Source: an uncultured Alphaproteobacteria bacterium (GTDB taxonomy: Bacteria > Pseudomonadota > Alphaproteobacteria > Rhizobiales > Xanthobacteraceae). From it: a stretch of 64,000 bases of DNA. Below the pieces are notes generated by a model. That model was not told the origin of the DNA and did no database searches. It saw nothing but the letters and a program-made list of their open reading frames with translations. Shown piece by piece: positions 41,588 to 51,062 of this stretch (positions within the stretch are counted from its first letter, which is position 1; each line of letters opens with the position of its first letter). The position numbers and the translations under genes are program-made. The stretch spans positions 15,279-79,278 of the forward strand of contig CAWBIR010000003.1 of assembly GCA_963788885.1 (NCBI GenBank). The letters are read 5' to 3'.

Positions 41588-42928
41588 TTAGCTTCGCATG
41601 AAGCCTTCGCACTCTCCCTCCGCCCAGGCGAGGATGTCCGGTATCTTTCCTCCTTGCGCGTATTTGAGACACATCTTGGTCATCGTGGCCTGGGCGTAGA
41701 TCTGCTGCGCGATCTTCGGCGGGGCGGGTGATGCTGCAATCGAGAGCTTCTGGTGGCTGTACGGATTGGGGTAATGGAAAAGCGTGCCCTTCGGCGGCTC
41801 CTGCTCGGCCCAGACCTTCAGCGTCGTCAACTTCTCGAACGCAGGCAGGTCGTAGCCGCCGCTTGCCTCCACCAGCCGCTCGATCGATGCGGGTTGCGAT
41901 AGATGGGTCAGCAGACTCTTGGCCGCTTCCTTGTTCTTGGAGAAATTCCAGAGCGCGAGGAAGTAGGGCAGGAATGGTGCGAAGCGGCCCTTCGGTCCCG
42001 ACGGAAAGCCGTGGGTCCAGCACTGCGCCGCAATTTCAGGGGCGTCGCGTTTGGCCACGGCCCAGGCGCTCGGCGGGTTCATGATCATGGCGCCCTTGCC
42101 GGCGATCAGCCATTTGTTGTTCGAGGCGTCGTCCCAGGCGGCGACATCGGGCGGCAGAAGCGGGATCAGCTTTTTATAGAATTCCAGCGCTTGCCGGACT
42201 TCGTCAGTCTTCACGGTCAGATCGCCCTTGGAATTGACGAGTTCGCCCCCAAAGGACTGGAAGATCGCGCCGGCCGTGTCGACGGAATCGGAGGTTTCGC
42301 CAAGTCCGATTCCGAAGGGATAACCGCCTTTCTGGCAGGCTTCGGCTGCTTTCAGGAAGGTGTCCGTTGTCCAGACGTCGGCCTTCGGCGGGCCGCCGGC
42401 CGGGTACATCTCCTGCACGTCGATGTTGGCATATTTTTTCATCAGATCGATGCGGGAGCACGGGCCCTTGATTTGGCTCCCCATGCAGGTCGGAACGCCG
42501 AGCCACTTGCCGTCGAGTTGTCCGAGATACTGCACTGTTCCGTTGACGGCACCGTTCTGCTTGATCAACGGTTCCATCACGTCGTTCATGGGCTCGAGCT
42601 GGTCAGACTTCGCGTGTGGCCACCAGGTCGGCATCGCCAGAACGTCATGGCCGGATTTGGCCTGAGCCTCGGCGGCAATGGTGATCAGGTTCTTGTTGCC
42701 CTGGCTGGTGATGTAATCGATGGAGACCTCGATTTTTTCTTTGGTCGCCCATTCATTCACGATATCGGTGGAGGTCTTGTTGGCACCGGGAACCCAGTGG
42801 TCCCACAAGCCGATCGAGAGCTTGCCGGCCGCTCGGGCCGTTCTGAGATAGGGCGCCGAAATCAGCGCTGCCGACGACAACGCAGTGGCGGCTACGAACT
42901 GCCGCCGAGAAAGCCTTCTCCTGGACAT
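41588..42928 (-). CDS. ABC transporter solute-binding protein (family 1) with Tat signal
   Basis: SRRQFV twin-arginine signal; WDDASNN, MNPPSAW; first gene of operon. Confidence 0.9.
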   Translation of the reverse strand: MSRRRLSRRQFVAATALSSAALISAPYLRTARAAGKLSIGLWDHWVPGANKTSTDIVNEWATKEKIEVSIDYITSQGNKNLITIAAEAQAKSGHDVLAMPTWWPHAKSDQLEPMNDVMEPLIKQNGAVNGTVQYLGQLDGKWLGVPTCMGSQIKGPCSRIDLMKKYANIDVQEMYPAGGPPKADVWTTDTFLKAAEACQKGGYPFGIGLGETSDSVDTAGAIFQSFGGELVNSKGDLTVKTDEVRQALEFYKKLIPLLPPDVAAWDDASNNKWLIAGKGAMIMNPPSAWAVAKRDAPEIAAQCWTHGFPSGPKGRFAPFLPYFLALWNFSKNKEAAKSLLTHLSQPASIERLVEASGGYDLPAFEKLTTLKVWAEQEPPKGTLFHYPNPYSHQKLSIAASPAPPKIAQQIYAQATMTKMCLKYAQGGKIPDILAWAEGECEGFMRS

Positions 42929-43166
42929 CGCATTCCCTCCAAATGTTGTGATGCTTTATTTTTTTGACTTCGTCTTGCCGATACCGCTGTGGGCCCTGCA
43001 TTTTCAGGTCGGCGCGAAGATTTAGGAATGGATCAGACCAGAATTGGCAGCCGGTGTCGAGAAATCAGGCTACGGGCGGTTATAGAACTATCGTTGCGTT
43101 TCGTCGCACCCTCCAGAACCGGGCGTCGGTAACCTGCCGGACAAAAGTGCTCTATTGCGCCGCAAA

Positions 43167-43332
43167 CCAGTGTGGCGACACTGACGTTCCTTTCAGTTTC
43201 GCGGCGACTTCTTCAAAGGAACGTCAGGGTCTAAGCCACACTAGAATCATATATTTGCTAGTGTCCCTTTGGTTCTGACATTCGTAAGCATGCCCGCCGC
43301 GCTGGGATACGAATGTCAGAACCGGGACACTG
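43167..43332. repeat. CTAG-bounded double-hairpin intergenic repeat, inverted relative to the 23914 copy
   Basis: Arms 43181-43193 / 43215-43227 and 43271-43286 / 43308-43323; centre CTAGAATCATATATTTGCTAG contains GANTC. Confidence 0.88.
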
Positions 43333-43532
43333 CGGAGCGAGCGGACTCTGAACCGCGTCAGAGCGATCTTGCGATCGTTCAATTGCCTGCTCGCCGAGCA
43401 ATTCCTCATTTTCGTACCCGGGCGCCACCGTGGACTCGTCCAACGTGGTAGCGATAATGTTGGTCACGGCGGGTGATTCAAAATCCACCCTCCACTCTAC
43501 GAGCCGCCGATCAAAGTCAGATGGAGCCCGAA

Positions 43533-44303
43533 ATGATCCGCCCAACTCCGGCCGCGCGCATGCAACCGGGATTCTATATTGGGGCAATCCTTGCTCTGCT
43601 TCTGGGCACGCCTCAGGTGACTCTTGCACAGGGCCTCGTCAAAGGCATGCAGGACGGAGCGCAGGCCGGCAACCAGGCCGCCGGCCCCGTCGGCGGCGTG
43701 CTAGGAGGTGCGATCGGCGGCGTGGTCGGTGTCTTTAATGGCGTACTGGGTGTCGGCAATGACAAAGCTCAGGGGCAGGGGCAGACGCCGCAGCAGCCCG
43801 CTGCCAATACCGCCGCTCCAGCCAATTCGGCCAAATCGGCTGCACCGGCCAAATCAAAGGCCACCAAGACGGCGAAAGCCACCGCAACCCCGGCCACAGC
43901 ATCGGCCAAGCCGATCGAGGTCCTCACCCAGCCCGGCGAACCGATATTGACCGCCGAGCAGATCGTGGCGAACAGCGATGCCTATATCGACCGGATAAGG
44001 ACCGAATTGAGCTTGAAGCCCGGACAGGAAAAGAACTGGTCGGCGTTCAACAGCGCCATGCATTATCTCGGCCACAATGGCGCCGAACGTCTCAATCTTC
44101 GGATCGCGCGCGCCAAGCGCGACCCGCCGGACGACATCGTGGAGCAAATGCGCAACGAGGCCCAGTTTCTTGTCGATCGCGCCGCTGACCAGCGGGCGGT
44201 GGCGGACGCCGCAGAGCCCTTGTTCATGAGCCTGGACGACAAGCAAAAATCGATTTTCATTGAGCAAATGGTGCGGCTCAGCCACGAGCGCGGGCTGGAC
44301 TAG
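43533..44303 (+). CDS. Secreted glycine-zipper plus Spy/CpxP (LTXXQ)-like protein
   Basis: Signal peptide; GPVGGVLGGAIGGVVG; ELSLKPGQEKNW..F and PLFMSLDDKQK motifs. Confidence 0.7.
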   Translation: MIRPTPAARMQPGFYIGAILALLLGTPQVTLAQGLVKGMQDGAQAGNQAAGPVGGVLGGAIGGVVGVFNGVLGVGNDKAQGQGQTPQQPAANTAAPANSAKSAAPAKSKATKTAKATATPATASAKPIEVLTQPGEPILTAEQIVANSDAYIDRIRTELSLKPGQEKNWSAFNSAMHYLGHNGAERLNLRIARAKRDPPDDIVEQMRNEAQFLVDRAADQRAVADAAEPLFMSLDDKQKSIFIEQMVRLSHERGLD

Positions 44304-44322
44304 GCCACAAACGGCTTTATCG

Positions 44323-44356
44323 CGGCGGCGGAATGTTCCGCCGCCGTTTCTATTTC
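44323..44356 (+). terminator. Intrinsic terminator
   Basis: CGGCGGCGGAA-TG-TTCCGCCGCCG followed by TTTCTATTTC. Confidence 0.7.
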
Positions 44357-44557
44357 ACCGCCCCGCGAATAGCCGGGTACTCAGGCCCTGGGGTAGGTGG
44401 AAGGCTAGGCACCCGGCTATCCTGCCGCAGCGGCGGCGAAGCCCAAATCGTCATGCAAAATTGAGGAAAAGCTGACCGCTTCGCGCCCGAGATATGGCCG
44501 CCGTATGACCTTGTCTGGATTCGCGGATAGGACGAGGAATCCTGCCCCAACCTGTCG

Positions 44558-44959
44558 TCAGTCCTTCGGGAAATTCAGTTCCACGCCGACGCCGTCAGGA
44601 TCATAAAGAAAGAATTGCGTGTCTCCCGTGCGCGGCACGATGCTTTCGCGGAACTTGACGTTTTTGGATTGCAGACGCTTGCGCATGCTCTCGGCGTCGG
44701 TTGCCGCAAAGGCAATGTGGTCCAGACGTCCAGTGTCTTCGAAGTTTTTCTCGGTGCCGCGAACGACGATGCCCTCGCGGGGTTTGCGCGTCCCCATCAG
44801 ATGGACGGTAGCCACGCCGCCTGAGTAGAGCCAATAGCCGGGAAAATCGAGCGGCGGGCGATCGCCATTCTCAAGCCCCAGCACATCGCAATAAAAGTCC
44901 TTGGTGCGTTCGAGATCAGCGGGTTCGATCGTGTAGTGCTGTAATCCGCCGAGCGGCAT
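44558..44959 (-). CDS. VOC (glyoxalase) family protein
   Basis: LQHYTI..DLERTKDFYCDVLGL, LDHIAF, QFFLYDPDGVGVEL. Confidence 0.9.
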   Translation of the reverse strand: MPLGGLQHYTIEPADLERTKDFYCDVLGLENGDRPPLDFPGYWLYSGGVATVHLMGTRKPREGIVVRGTEKNFEDTGRLDHIAFAATDAESMRKRLQSKNVKFRESIVPRTGDTQFFLYDPDGVGVELNFPKD

Positions 44960-45013
44960 GGTTGTTCTCCTTCGATCAATGCGCTCTTTTTGGTCTGCCT
45001 GGGTGATTGCCGA

Positions 45014-46387
45014 TTAGACTGTCGCCGTTAGTTCCTTGTCGATCTGTTCGATCGATTTGCCACGGGTTTCGATGCCGAGGAAGTAGTACACCGCGCCGGC
45101 CATCAGGAACCAGCACCCGAGATAAAGGAACGCCAGAGGAATCTGCGGTAAGGGCACGTCAGGCTTGAGATAATTGCCGCTGCCCACGATCAGGGCGAGT
45201 CCCAGCGGGCCGATGATTTTGCCGATCCCGCCGAAACCATAGGCCGACCCCATGCCGGACGTTCGTAAGTGCGACGGCCAGACCTCGGCGGCATAAGGCC
45301 CGACAATGGCAAAGCCGCCATCCGCAAAGAAAAAGCCGACAGCGAGCAGCAACCAGAAGGCTGAGACGCCCATCACCATGACATCATAGTTGTAGCCGGC
45401 GAGGATCGTCAGCAGGCCGCCGCCAAAGCCGAGCAGACCGCCAGCGTTACGCCGGCCGAACCACTCCGAGAAGAACGAAAACGAGACGCGTCCGACGAAG
45501 CCGAACACGCTCAGGAGGATCATCATCTTGGCGGCTTGCTGGGGCGAGACCTTCAACAGCAGCACGAAGAGAGCAGGTGCCCACAGCGTGATACCGTAGA
45601 CCCCGGTCTGGGCGCCGGCATTGCCGAGCCACGACACGATCAGGCTTCGTGGATACTTGAAAAGATCAAGCCAATTACTTTGCTTGACCGGACCAGCGTC
45701 GGCGGCCGTTGGCAAAGGCAATGATGCAGGCTCCACTTGCAGCGCCCAGGCCAGCGACTCTCGGGCCTCTTTATAGTGACCTTGCCGGCACAGCCAACGC
45801 GGCGATTCCGGCACCCAAATCCGCACCAGCAGCACCAGCAGCGCCGGTAGCACGCCGACCGCGAACAACAGCCGCCAATCGCCGCTACCGATGATCGAGC
45901 CGAGGATGGCACCAAGGCCGACGCCGAGCGGAATCACGCACGTTACCAGTCCGCCGGTCCATCCACGCTTCGACGACGGCATGAATTCCTGCACCAGCGG
46001 CAGGTCCACACAATAAAGCCCGCCGACGCCGAGGCCGACGAAAAATCGCATCACCGAGAGATAGATCCAGCCATTGTCCGGCGTGAAATACAAAAGGCCG
46101 GTGGCAAGCGAGAAGTTCAGCACCGTGCTGATAAAGACCTTGCGTCGCCCGATGCGGTCGGCAAGCCAGCCCCAGCCATAAGCGCCGATGATGGCGCCAA
46201 TTCCGGAACTCATGAGCACGGTTGCCGATTGACCGAAGGTCAGCTGCCACGGCCCGATCAGAAAGGCGAGCACAAAGCCGATCAGGAAGTAGTCGAAGAA
46301 TTCGAGCGCATCGCCGAAAATGGCAGCGACGAGAATCCTGATCTGATTGCCAGTCAGGCTCGTCTGCCGGTCGAGAATCTCGAACAT
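45014..46387 (-). CDS. MFS transporter
   Basis: LEFFD, GWLADRIGRRK motif A, EFMPSSKRG, VPESPRWL, EVWPSHLR, ETRGKSIE. Confidence 0.92.
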   Translation of the reverse strand: MFEILDRQTSLTGNQIRILVAAIFGDALEFFDYFLIGFVLAFLIGPWQLTFGQSATVLMSSGIGAIIGAYGWGWLADRIGRRKVFISTVLNFSLATGLLYFTPDNGWIYLSVMRFFVGLGVGGLYCVDLPLVQEFMPSSKRGWTGGLVTCVIPLGVGLGAILGSIIGSGDWRLLFAVGVLPALLVLLVRIWVPESPRWLCRQGHYKEARESLAWALQVEPASLPLPTAADAGPVKQSNWLDLFKYPRSLIVSWLGNAGAQTGVYGITLWAPALFVLLLKVSPQQAAKMMILLSVFGFVGRVSFSFFSEWFGRRNAGGLLGFGGGLLTILAGYNYDVMVMGVSAFWLLLAVGFFFADGGFAIVGPYAAEVWPSHLRTSGMGSAYGFGGIGKIIGPLGLALIVGSGNYLKPDVPLPQIPLAFLYLGCWFLMAGAVYYFLGIETRGKSIEQIDKELTATV

Positions 46388-46646
46388 GGCATCTCCTTGC
46401 GGGCAGCGTTTCCGTGGCGCTTGTTTTTGTCGAGCCCGGCTGCGCCTTGTAAGCCGGTTGGGCGGGGAGGCTAGCGTGGCCATTCCGGGAGCGGAAGCCA
46501 GCTCTCGCTTTGGCAGGGCGCCAAAACTGCAATGGTTGGCAATATTCCGCACTGCGGATCGGGACGGCTGGACCGGACCCGATTGCCAGCAATTTCTTTA
46601 GGTTTTGGCCTTAAGCTTGCTGGTTATGGGCATGCCAGCGCGATTA

Positions 46647-46916
46647 ATGGAAGAGAAACGGAAGCACCAGCGGACCGAAATCAATGAACCTGCCTACGTT
46701 TCGGCGGGCGGATCGGTGATGCGCTGCGTGGTACGGAATATCTCACCCGACGGCGCCGCCATCGACGTCGAAAATCCCGCCTTCGTCCCCGGCCAGTTTC
46801 GCCTGGTGATGGCACGCGATTCCTCGACCCATGACTGCCGGATGATCTGGATTCGCGAAAAGCGGATTGGCGTGGCGTTCGTGAAATCGGCGGACACGCA
46901 GGAACCGCGCGGCTGA
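46647..46916 (+). CDS. Single-domain PilZ protein
   Basis: RKHQR (RxxxR) and NISPDG (D/NxSxxG) motifs; IGVAF. Confidence 0.85.
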   Translation: MEEKRKHQRTEINEPAYVSAGGSVMRCVVRNISPDGAAIDVENPAFVPGQFRLVMARDSSTHDCRMIWIREKRIGVAFVKSADTQEPRG

Positions 46917-46954
46917 CGTGCGACAACGTAATTGAGCATTTCCAACTAAACGAA

Positions 46955-46993
46955 GAGCAGGCCATCTTGCGGTGACCTGCTCCTGTATTTTTT
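46955..46993 (+). terminator. Probable terminator between convergent genes
   Basis: GAGCAGG...CCTGCTC stem followed by a T run. Confidence 0.5.
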
Positions 46994-47015
46994 CGGCTAT
47001 GCGCTGGTCAGCGTC

Positions 47016-48452
47016 CTATACGCCCGTCTGCGTAATGAACTTGGTACTGAGATAGGCATCGATCCCTTCGGTGCCGCCCTCCGAGCCATAGCCGGAATCT
47101 TTCATGCCGCCGAAAGGCGTCTCGGGCAGCGCCAATGCGAAATGGTTGATCGACATCATGCCTGCCTCTACTGCCGCGCCAATTGCGGTAGCGGTCTTGG
47201 CGGATTTGGTGAAGGCGTAGGAAGCAAGACCGAACGGCAGACGGTTGGCTTCTTCCGCGGCGTCATCGAACTTCGAGAACGGTGAGATGAGCGCCAATGG
47301 CGAGAACGGTTCTTCGCTCATCGCGCGCGCCGATTTCGGCACGTCAGTGACGACGGTGGGCTCGAAGAAGTAACCCTTGTTACCGACGCGATTGCCGCCG
47401 GTCGCAACCTTGGCGCCTTTCCCGACGGCGTCCTGCACCATGGTTTCGATTGCGGAAATGCGGCGGTCGTTGGCGAGCGCGCCCATTGTGGATCCGGCGT
47501 CGAGGCCGTTGCCGACCTTGAGCGACTTGGCACCATCGACAAACTGCTTGATGAATTTGTCGTAGACGCCTTCCTGCACCAGAAAACGCGTCGGCGAGAT
47601 ACAGACCTGGCCGGCGTTGCGGTATTTGGCGGCGACCATGATCTTGGCTGCGGATTCAACATCCGCATCGTCGAACACGATGACCGGCGCATGTCCGCCG
47701 AGTTCCATCGTCACGCGTTTCATATGCTGACCCGCCATGGCCGCGAGGTGTTTGCCGACGGTGGTCGAACCGGTAAAGGAGATTTTGCGGATCACCGGAT
47801 GCGGGATCAGATATTCGGAGATTTCGGACGGCACGCCATAGACCAGATTGATGACGCCGGCCGGCACGCCGGCATCGGCGAAGGCGCGGATCAGTTCGGC
47901 GGGCGAGGCGGGCGTCTCCTCGGGCGCCTTGACGATGATCGAGCAGCCTGCAGCAAGCGCGGCGCTCATCTTTTTCACCACCTGATTGATCGGAAAATTC
48001 CAGGGCGTGAAGGCGGCAACCGGACCGACCGGGTCCTTGATCGCCATCTGGTAGACGCCGGGCAGCCGCGCCGGAATTAGCCGGCCGTATGTCCGTCGGC
48101 CTTCCTCGGCGAACCATTCGATGGTGTCGGCGGCCGACATCGTCTCGACCCTGGCCTCGGCCAGGATCTTGCCTTGCTCCATCGTCATGATGGTCGCGAT
48201 CTTTTCGGCGCGCTCGCGGATCAACTCGGCGGCCTTGCGCATCACCTTGGAGCGCTCCAGGGAAGAAACCACGCGCCAGGCCTTAAAGCCTTTTTGCGCG
48301 GCAGCCAGCGCCTCGTCGAGATCGGCCTTTCCGGCATGCGCAACCGTGCCAACCACCTCTTCGGTCGCCGGGTTGAGGACGGGGATGGTTTTTCCGGAAG
48401 CGGCGGGACGCCATTTGCCGTCGATATACAACTGCACATTCGGGTAGGTCAT
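47016..48452 (-). CDS. NAD(P)-dependent aldehyde dehydrogenase (SSADH/KGSADH-like)
   Basis: [36 protein letters not shown]. Confidence 0.92.
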   Translation of the reverse strand: MTYPNVQLYIDGKWRPAASGKTIPVLNPATEEVVGTVAHAGKADLDEALAAAQKGFKAWRVVSSLERSKVMRKAAELIRERAEKIATIMTMEQGKILAEARVETMSAADTIEWFAEEGRRTYGRLIPARLPGVYQMAIKDPVGPVAAFTPWNFPINQVVKKMSAALAAGCSIIVKAPEETPASPAELIRAFADAGVPAGVINLVYGVPSEISEYLIPHPVIRKISFTGSTTVGKHLAAMAGQHMKRVTMELGGHAPVIVFDDADVESAAKIMVAAKYRNAGQVCISPTRFLVQEGVYDKFIKQFVDGAKSLKVGNGLDAGSTMGALANDRRISAIETMVQDAVGKGAKVATGGNRVGNKGYFFEPTVVTDVPKSARAMSEEPFSPLALISPFSKFDDAAEEANRLPFGLASYAFTKSAKTATAIGAAVEAGMMSINHFALALPETPFGGMKDSGYGSEGGTEGIDAYLSTKFITQTGV

Positions 48453-48582
48453 TCTGCTGTCTCCGGTATTTGATGGCTTCTCCGCCGCGCGGAGAACAAC
48501 ACGTTCACCGGCCTCTTTTCAAGGGCCGGAACTACCTTCAGGCTGCCATGCTTAAATAGAGGTGAGGGGGCCCAGGCAGACC

Positions 48583-49113
48583 TCATTGCCCGCGGGAGAA
48601 ACGGACAAATCCATCCCGGTTCGGCATGCGCACCCCCGGCAGTGTCTTTGTGTCGATCGTATCGTTCTCTCCGATCACGCCATTGAGCCACAGCAGGTAG
48701 GCGACCACGGCATAGACTTCGTCATTCCTCAGCGACTTGGGTTCGTTCAAGGGCATCGCGCGCCGCACGTAATCAAAGACGGTGGTGGCGTAGGGCCAGA
48801 AATTGCCGATGGTTTTTACCGGCGCTTGTCCGGGTGCGAGCAATTCCTGTCCACCGACCAGCCGATCGTTCGGCTTGCCCGCGCCTTTCTCGCCGTGACA
48901 TCCAAGGCACTTGGCAATGTAAACCTGCTCGCCTTGTTGCGGAGTTCCGCTGCCCGGCGGCAGCCCTGCGCCGTCGGGGCCAATGCTGATGTCCCACGAG
49001 GCAATTTCCTCAGGGCTTGCGAGTTTGCCGAGATTGGGGCTCTCCGCCAACGCGGCGCCATGCCAGACAACTAGCGCCGAGCAGGCTGCGATCAGCGTGT
49101 TACGCGTAGACAT
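48583..49113 (-). CDS. Mono-heme cytochrome c, SoxD/SorB-like partner
   Basis: Signal peptide; WDISIGPDG.GLPPGSG; CLGCH; KTIGNFWPYATTVFDYVRRAMP; MPNRDGF; overlaps soxC stop. Confidence 0.88.
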   Translation of the reverse strand: MSTRNTLIAACSALVVWHGAALAESPNLGKLASPEEIASWDISIGPDGAGLPPGSGTPQQGEQVYIAKCLGCHGEKGAGKPNDRLVGGQELLAPGQAPVKTIGNFWPYATTVFDYVRRAMPLNEPKSLRNDEVYAVVAYLLWLNGVIGENDTIDTKTLPGVRMPNRDGFVRFSRGQ

Positions 49114-50374
49114 GTTTGACCTCGCCGCCTTGCGCGACGCCCCAGCTTGTAATTCCGTTGAAGTGATAGGCACCCCTGCCGCCCCGGTCGGCAATCAGCT
49201 TCGACCGTGATGGTTGCACATATCCAGAGTCGTCCGTCGCGCGACTCTGAAGCACGGCCGGGCCGCCATCCCATCGCCAGGGCGAACGGAAACGCGTAAC
49301 CGCCTTCGATAGTACCGGCCCCTGGAGCGCGGCCTGCGCCCAGCTTGCGCCACCGTCAGCGGAAACTTCGACCTTCGCAATCCGTCCATAGCCGGACCAG
49401 GCGAGACCCGTGATCTCGTACAAACCTGGAGCTCCCATCGTCAGGCCGGGCGAGGGGCGGGTGATCATCGACTTGGCTTCGAGCGCAAAGCAGAATTGCA
49501 ACGATTTTCCGTCGTTCAGTAGGATTGTATATTTTGAAGTCTCGTCCTTGGTCATCGTCGGCCCTTCGGTCAGCTTGATGCGCCGAAGCCATTTGACGTT
49601 CATGTTGCCTTCATAGCCCGGCAACAGCAGCCGCATCGGATAGCCGTTTGACGGCCGCACCGGCTCGCCGTTCTGGTAGATCGCGATCAACGCGTCATCC
49701 AACGCCTTCGCAACCGGCACGCTACGGCTCATGCCGGATGCATCCGCGCCTTCGGCAAGCAGCCATTGCGCGTTTGGCTCGACGCCGGCTTCTTCCAGCA
49801 GGGTCGCCAGCCGAACGCCGGTCCATTCGGCACACGACAACAGACCATGGATTGGCTGCACACCGACCTGGGCCGGATCCTTCTGGTAGAGCAGGCCGCT
49901 ATTGCCGGCACACTCAACGAAGGCGACGCGGGATTCCATCGGGTAGCGCATCAGCGCCTCGAGCGTGAACACGAGCGGACGCTTGACGAGGCCGTGGATC
50001 AGAAGTCGATGCGCATCAGGATTAATGTCGGGAATGCCGGCGTGGTGGCGCTCGAAATGAAGTCCGTTCGGCGTGATCGTGCCGTCGAGCAGGTGATGCG
50101 GCGTGCGCGAAGCGCCCGTGCCCGTCGTTCCCGGGGCGCTTGCGAAAGTGCGCGCAATCTTGCCGGCATATTTCGAAGGCTGTCCATAAGGCGTAAAGGG
50201 TGCGCCGGGTGTTTTCATCCACGGCTCGACCGGCAGCGCTTCCGCCGCTTCCATCTTGCTCGGCAGTGCCGCGCTTCCGAGCGCGACCGCGCCAGCCGTC
50301 AGGAAGAGACGACGGTCAAGAAGACCGTTTCCGGCGGCTTGTTCCGGCTCACTTGGCCGCTTGCTCTTGCGCAT
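49100..50374 (-). CDS. soxC: SoxC-like molybdopterin sulfite/sulfane dehydrogenase subunit
   Basis: Tat DRRLFL; GTITPNGLHFERHHAG; ECAGN (Mo-ligand Cys); GYPMRLLLPGYEGNMNVKW; GLAWSG; LQSRATD. Confidence 0.85.
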   Translation of the reverse strand: MRKSKRPSEPEQAAGNGLLDRRLFLTAGAVALGSAALPSKMEAAEALPVEPWMKTPGAPFTPYGQPSKYAGKIARTFASAPGTTGTGASRTPHHLLDGTITPNGLHFERHHAGIPDINPDAHRLLIHGLVKRPLVFTLEALMRYPMESRVAFVECAGNSGLLYQKDPAQVGVQPIHGLLSCAEWTGVRLATLLEEAGVEPNAQWLLAEGADASGMSRSVPVAKALDDALIAIYQNGEPVRPSNGYPMRLLLPGYEGNMNVKWLRRIKLTEGPTMTKDETSKYTILLNDGKSLQFCFALEAKSMITRPSPGLTMGAPGLYEITGLAWSGYGRIAKVEVSADGGASWAQAALQGPVLSKAVTRFRSPWRWDGGPAVLQSRATDDSGYVQPSRSKLIADRGGRGAYHFNGITSWGVAQGGEVKHVYA

Positions 50375-50406
50375 CGTCTCCTCCGAATTGGCAACGAATA
50401 AGAAAG

Positions 50407-51054
50407 CTATTCTGGCTCAAGCCTTGCGCGGACGGCGTCAGCAATTTCATCGGGGGTGACACCGGGCGGCAGAAAGCCGAGATATCGCCCGTCCTGGCCG
50501 ATCAAATAGATAAAGCCGGTATGATCGACCGAATATTCGCCTGAGGCCGCAGCGCTGTTCTTGACGAAGAACGTCCGGTAGGCGATCGCCGTTTTGCGGA
50601 TTTCGGCAACCGAGCCGGTCAAGCCGATCAATCGTGGGTGAAACGACGAGACATACTCGGCGAGCCGGGCCGGGGTGTCGCGCTCCGGATCGACGGTGAT
50701 GAATAATGGCTGCACCGCCTCCGCCATTGCGCCAAGCTTGTCGAGCGCGAGCGAGATCGATTGAAGCTCGGTTGGGCACACGTCGGGACAATAGGTATAG
50801 CCGAAATAGAGGACGACGAGCTTGCCGCGAAAATCCGCATCAGTACGGCGATGTCCCGTTTGATCGGTGAGTTCGAAGGGACCACCGACCGGCGCGCGGC
50901 CTGATATCAAGCCTTCGATCAATTCCGCGGGCGAGGGTTCAGCCACCTCGTTTGCAACAACCGGCGCGGCGAAAATAACGCACACGAGCGCAAGCGCCAC
51001 TTCCAAAAAGGAACACCTTCTCGCGATTCTCGCGAGAAGGTGTGTTGGTCGCAT
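50407..51054 (-). CDS. SCO family copper chaperone
   Basis: GGPFELTDQ, YFGYTYCPDVCP (CxxxC), ITVDPERD, YSVDHT. Confidence 0.92.
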   Translation of the reverse strand: MRPTHLLARIARRCSFLEVALALVCVIFAAPVVANEVAEPSPAELIEGLISGRAPVGGPFELTDQTGHRRTDADFRGKLVVLYFGYTYCPDVCPTELQSISLALDKLGAMAEAVQPLFITVDPERDTPARLAEYVSSFHPRLIGLTGSVAEIRKTAIAYRTFFVKNSAAASGEYSVDHTGFIYLIGQDGRYLGFLPPGVTPDEIADAVRARLEPE

Positions 51055-51062
51055 CAAGTCGA

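Noticed and set aside
44369-44420. 10-bp inverted repeat ATAGCCGGGT / ACCCGGCTAT as an sRNA
   Set aside because: Single hairpin with no promoter or family evidence, and no similarity to the CTAG repeat
48583-50374. Complete Sox thiosulfate-oxidation pathway
   Set aside because: soxX, A, Y, Z and B are absent from the window; only a SoxC/SoxD-like pair is present
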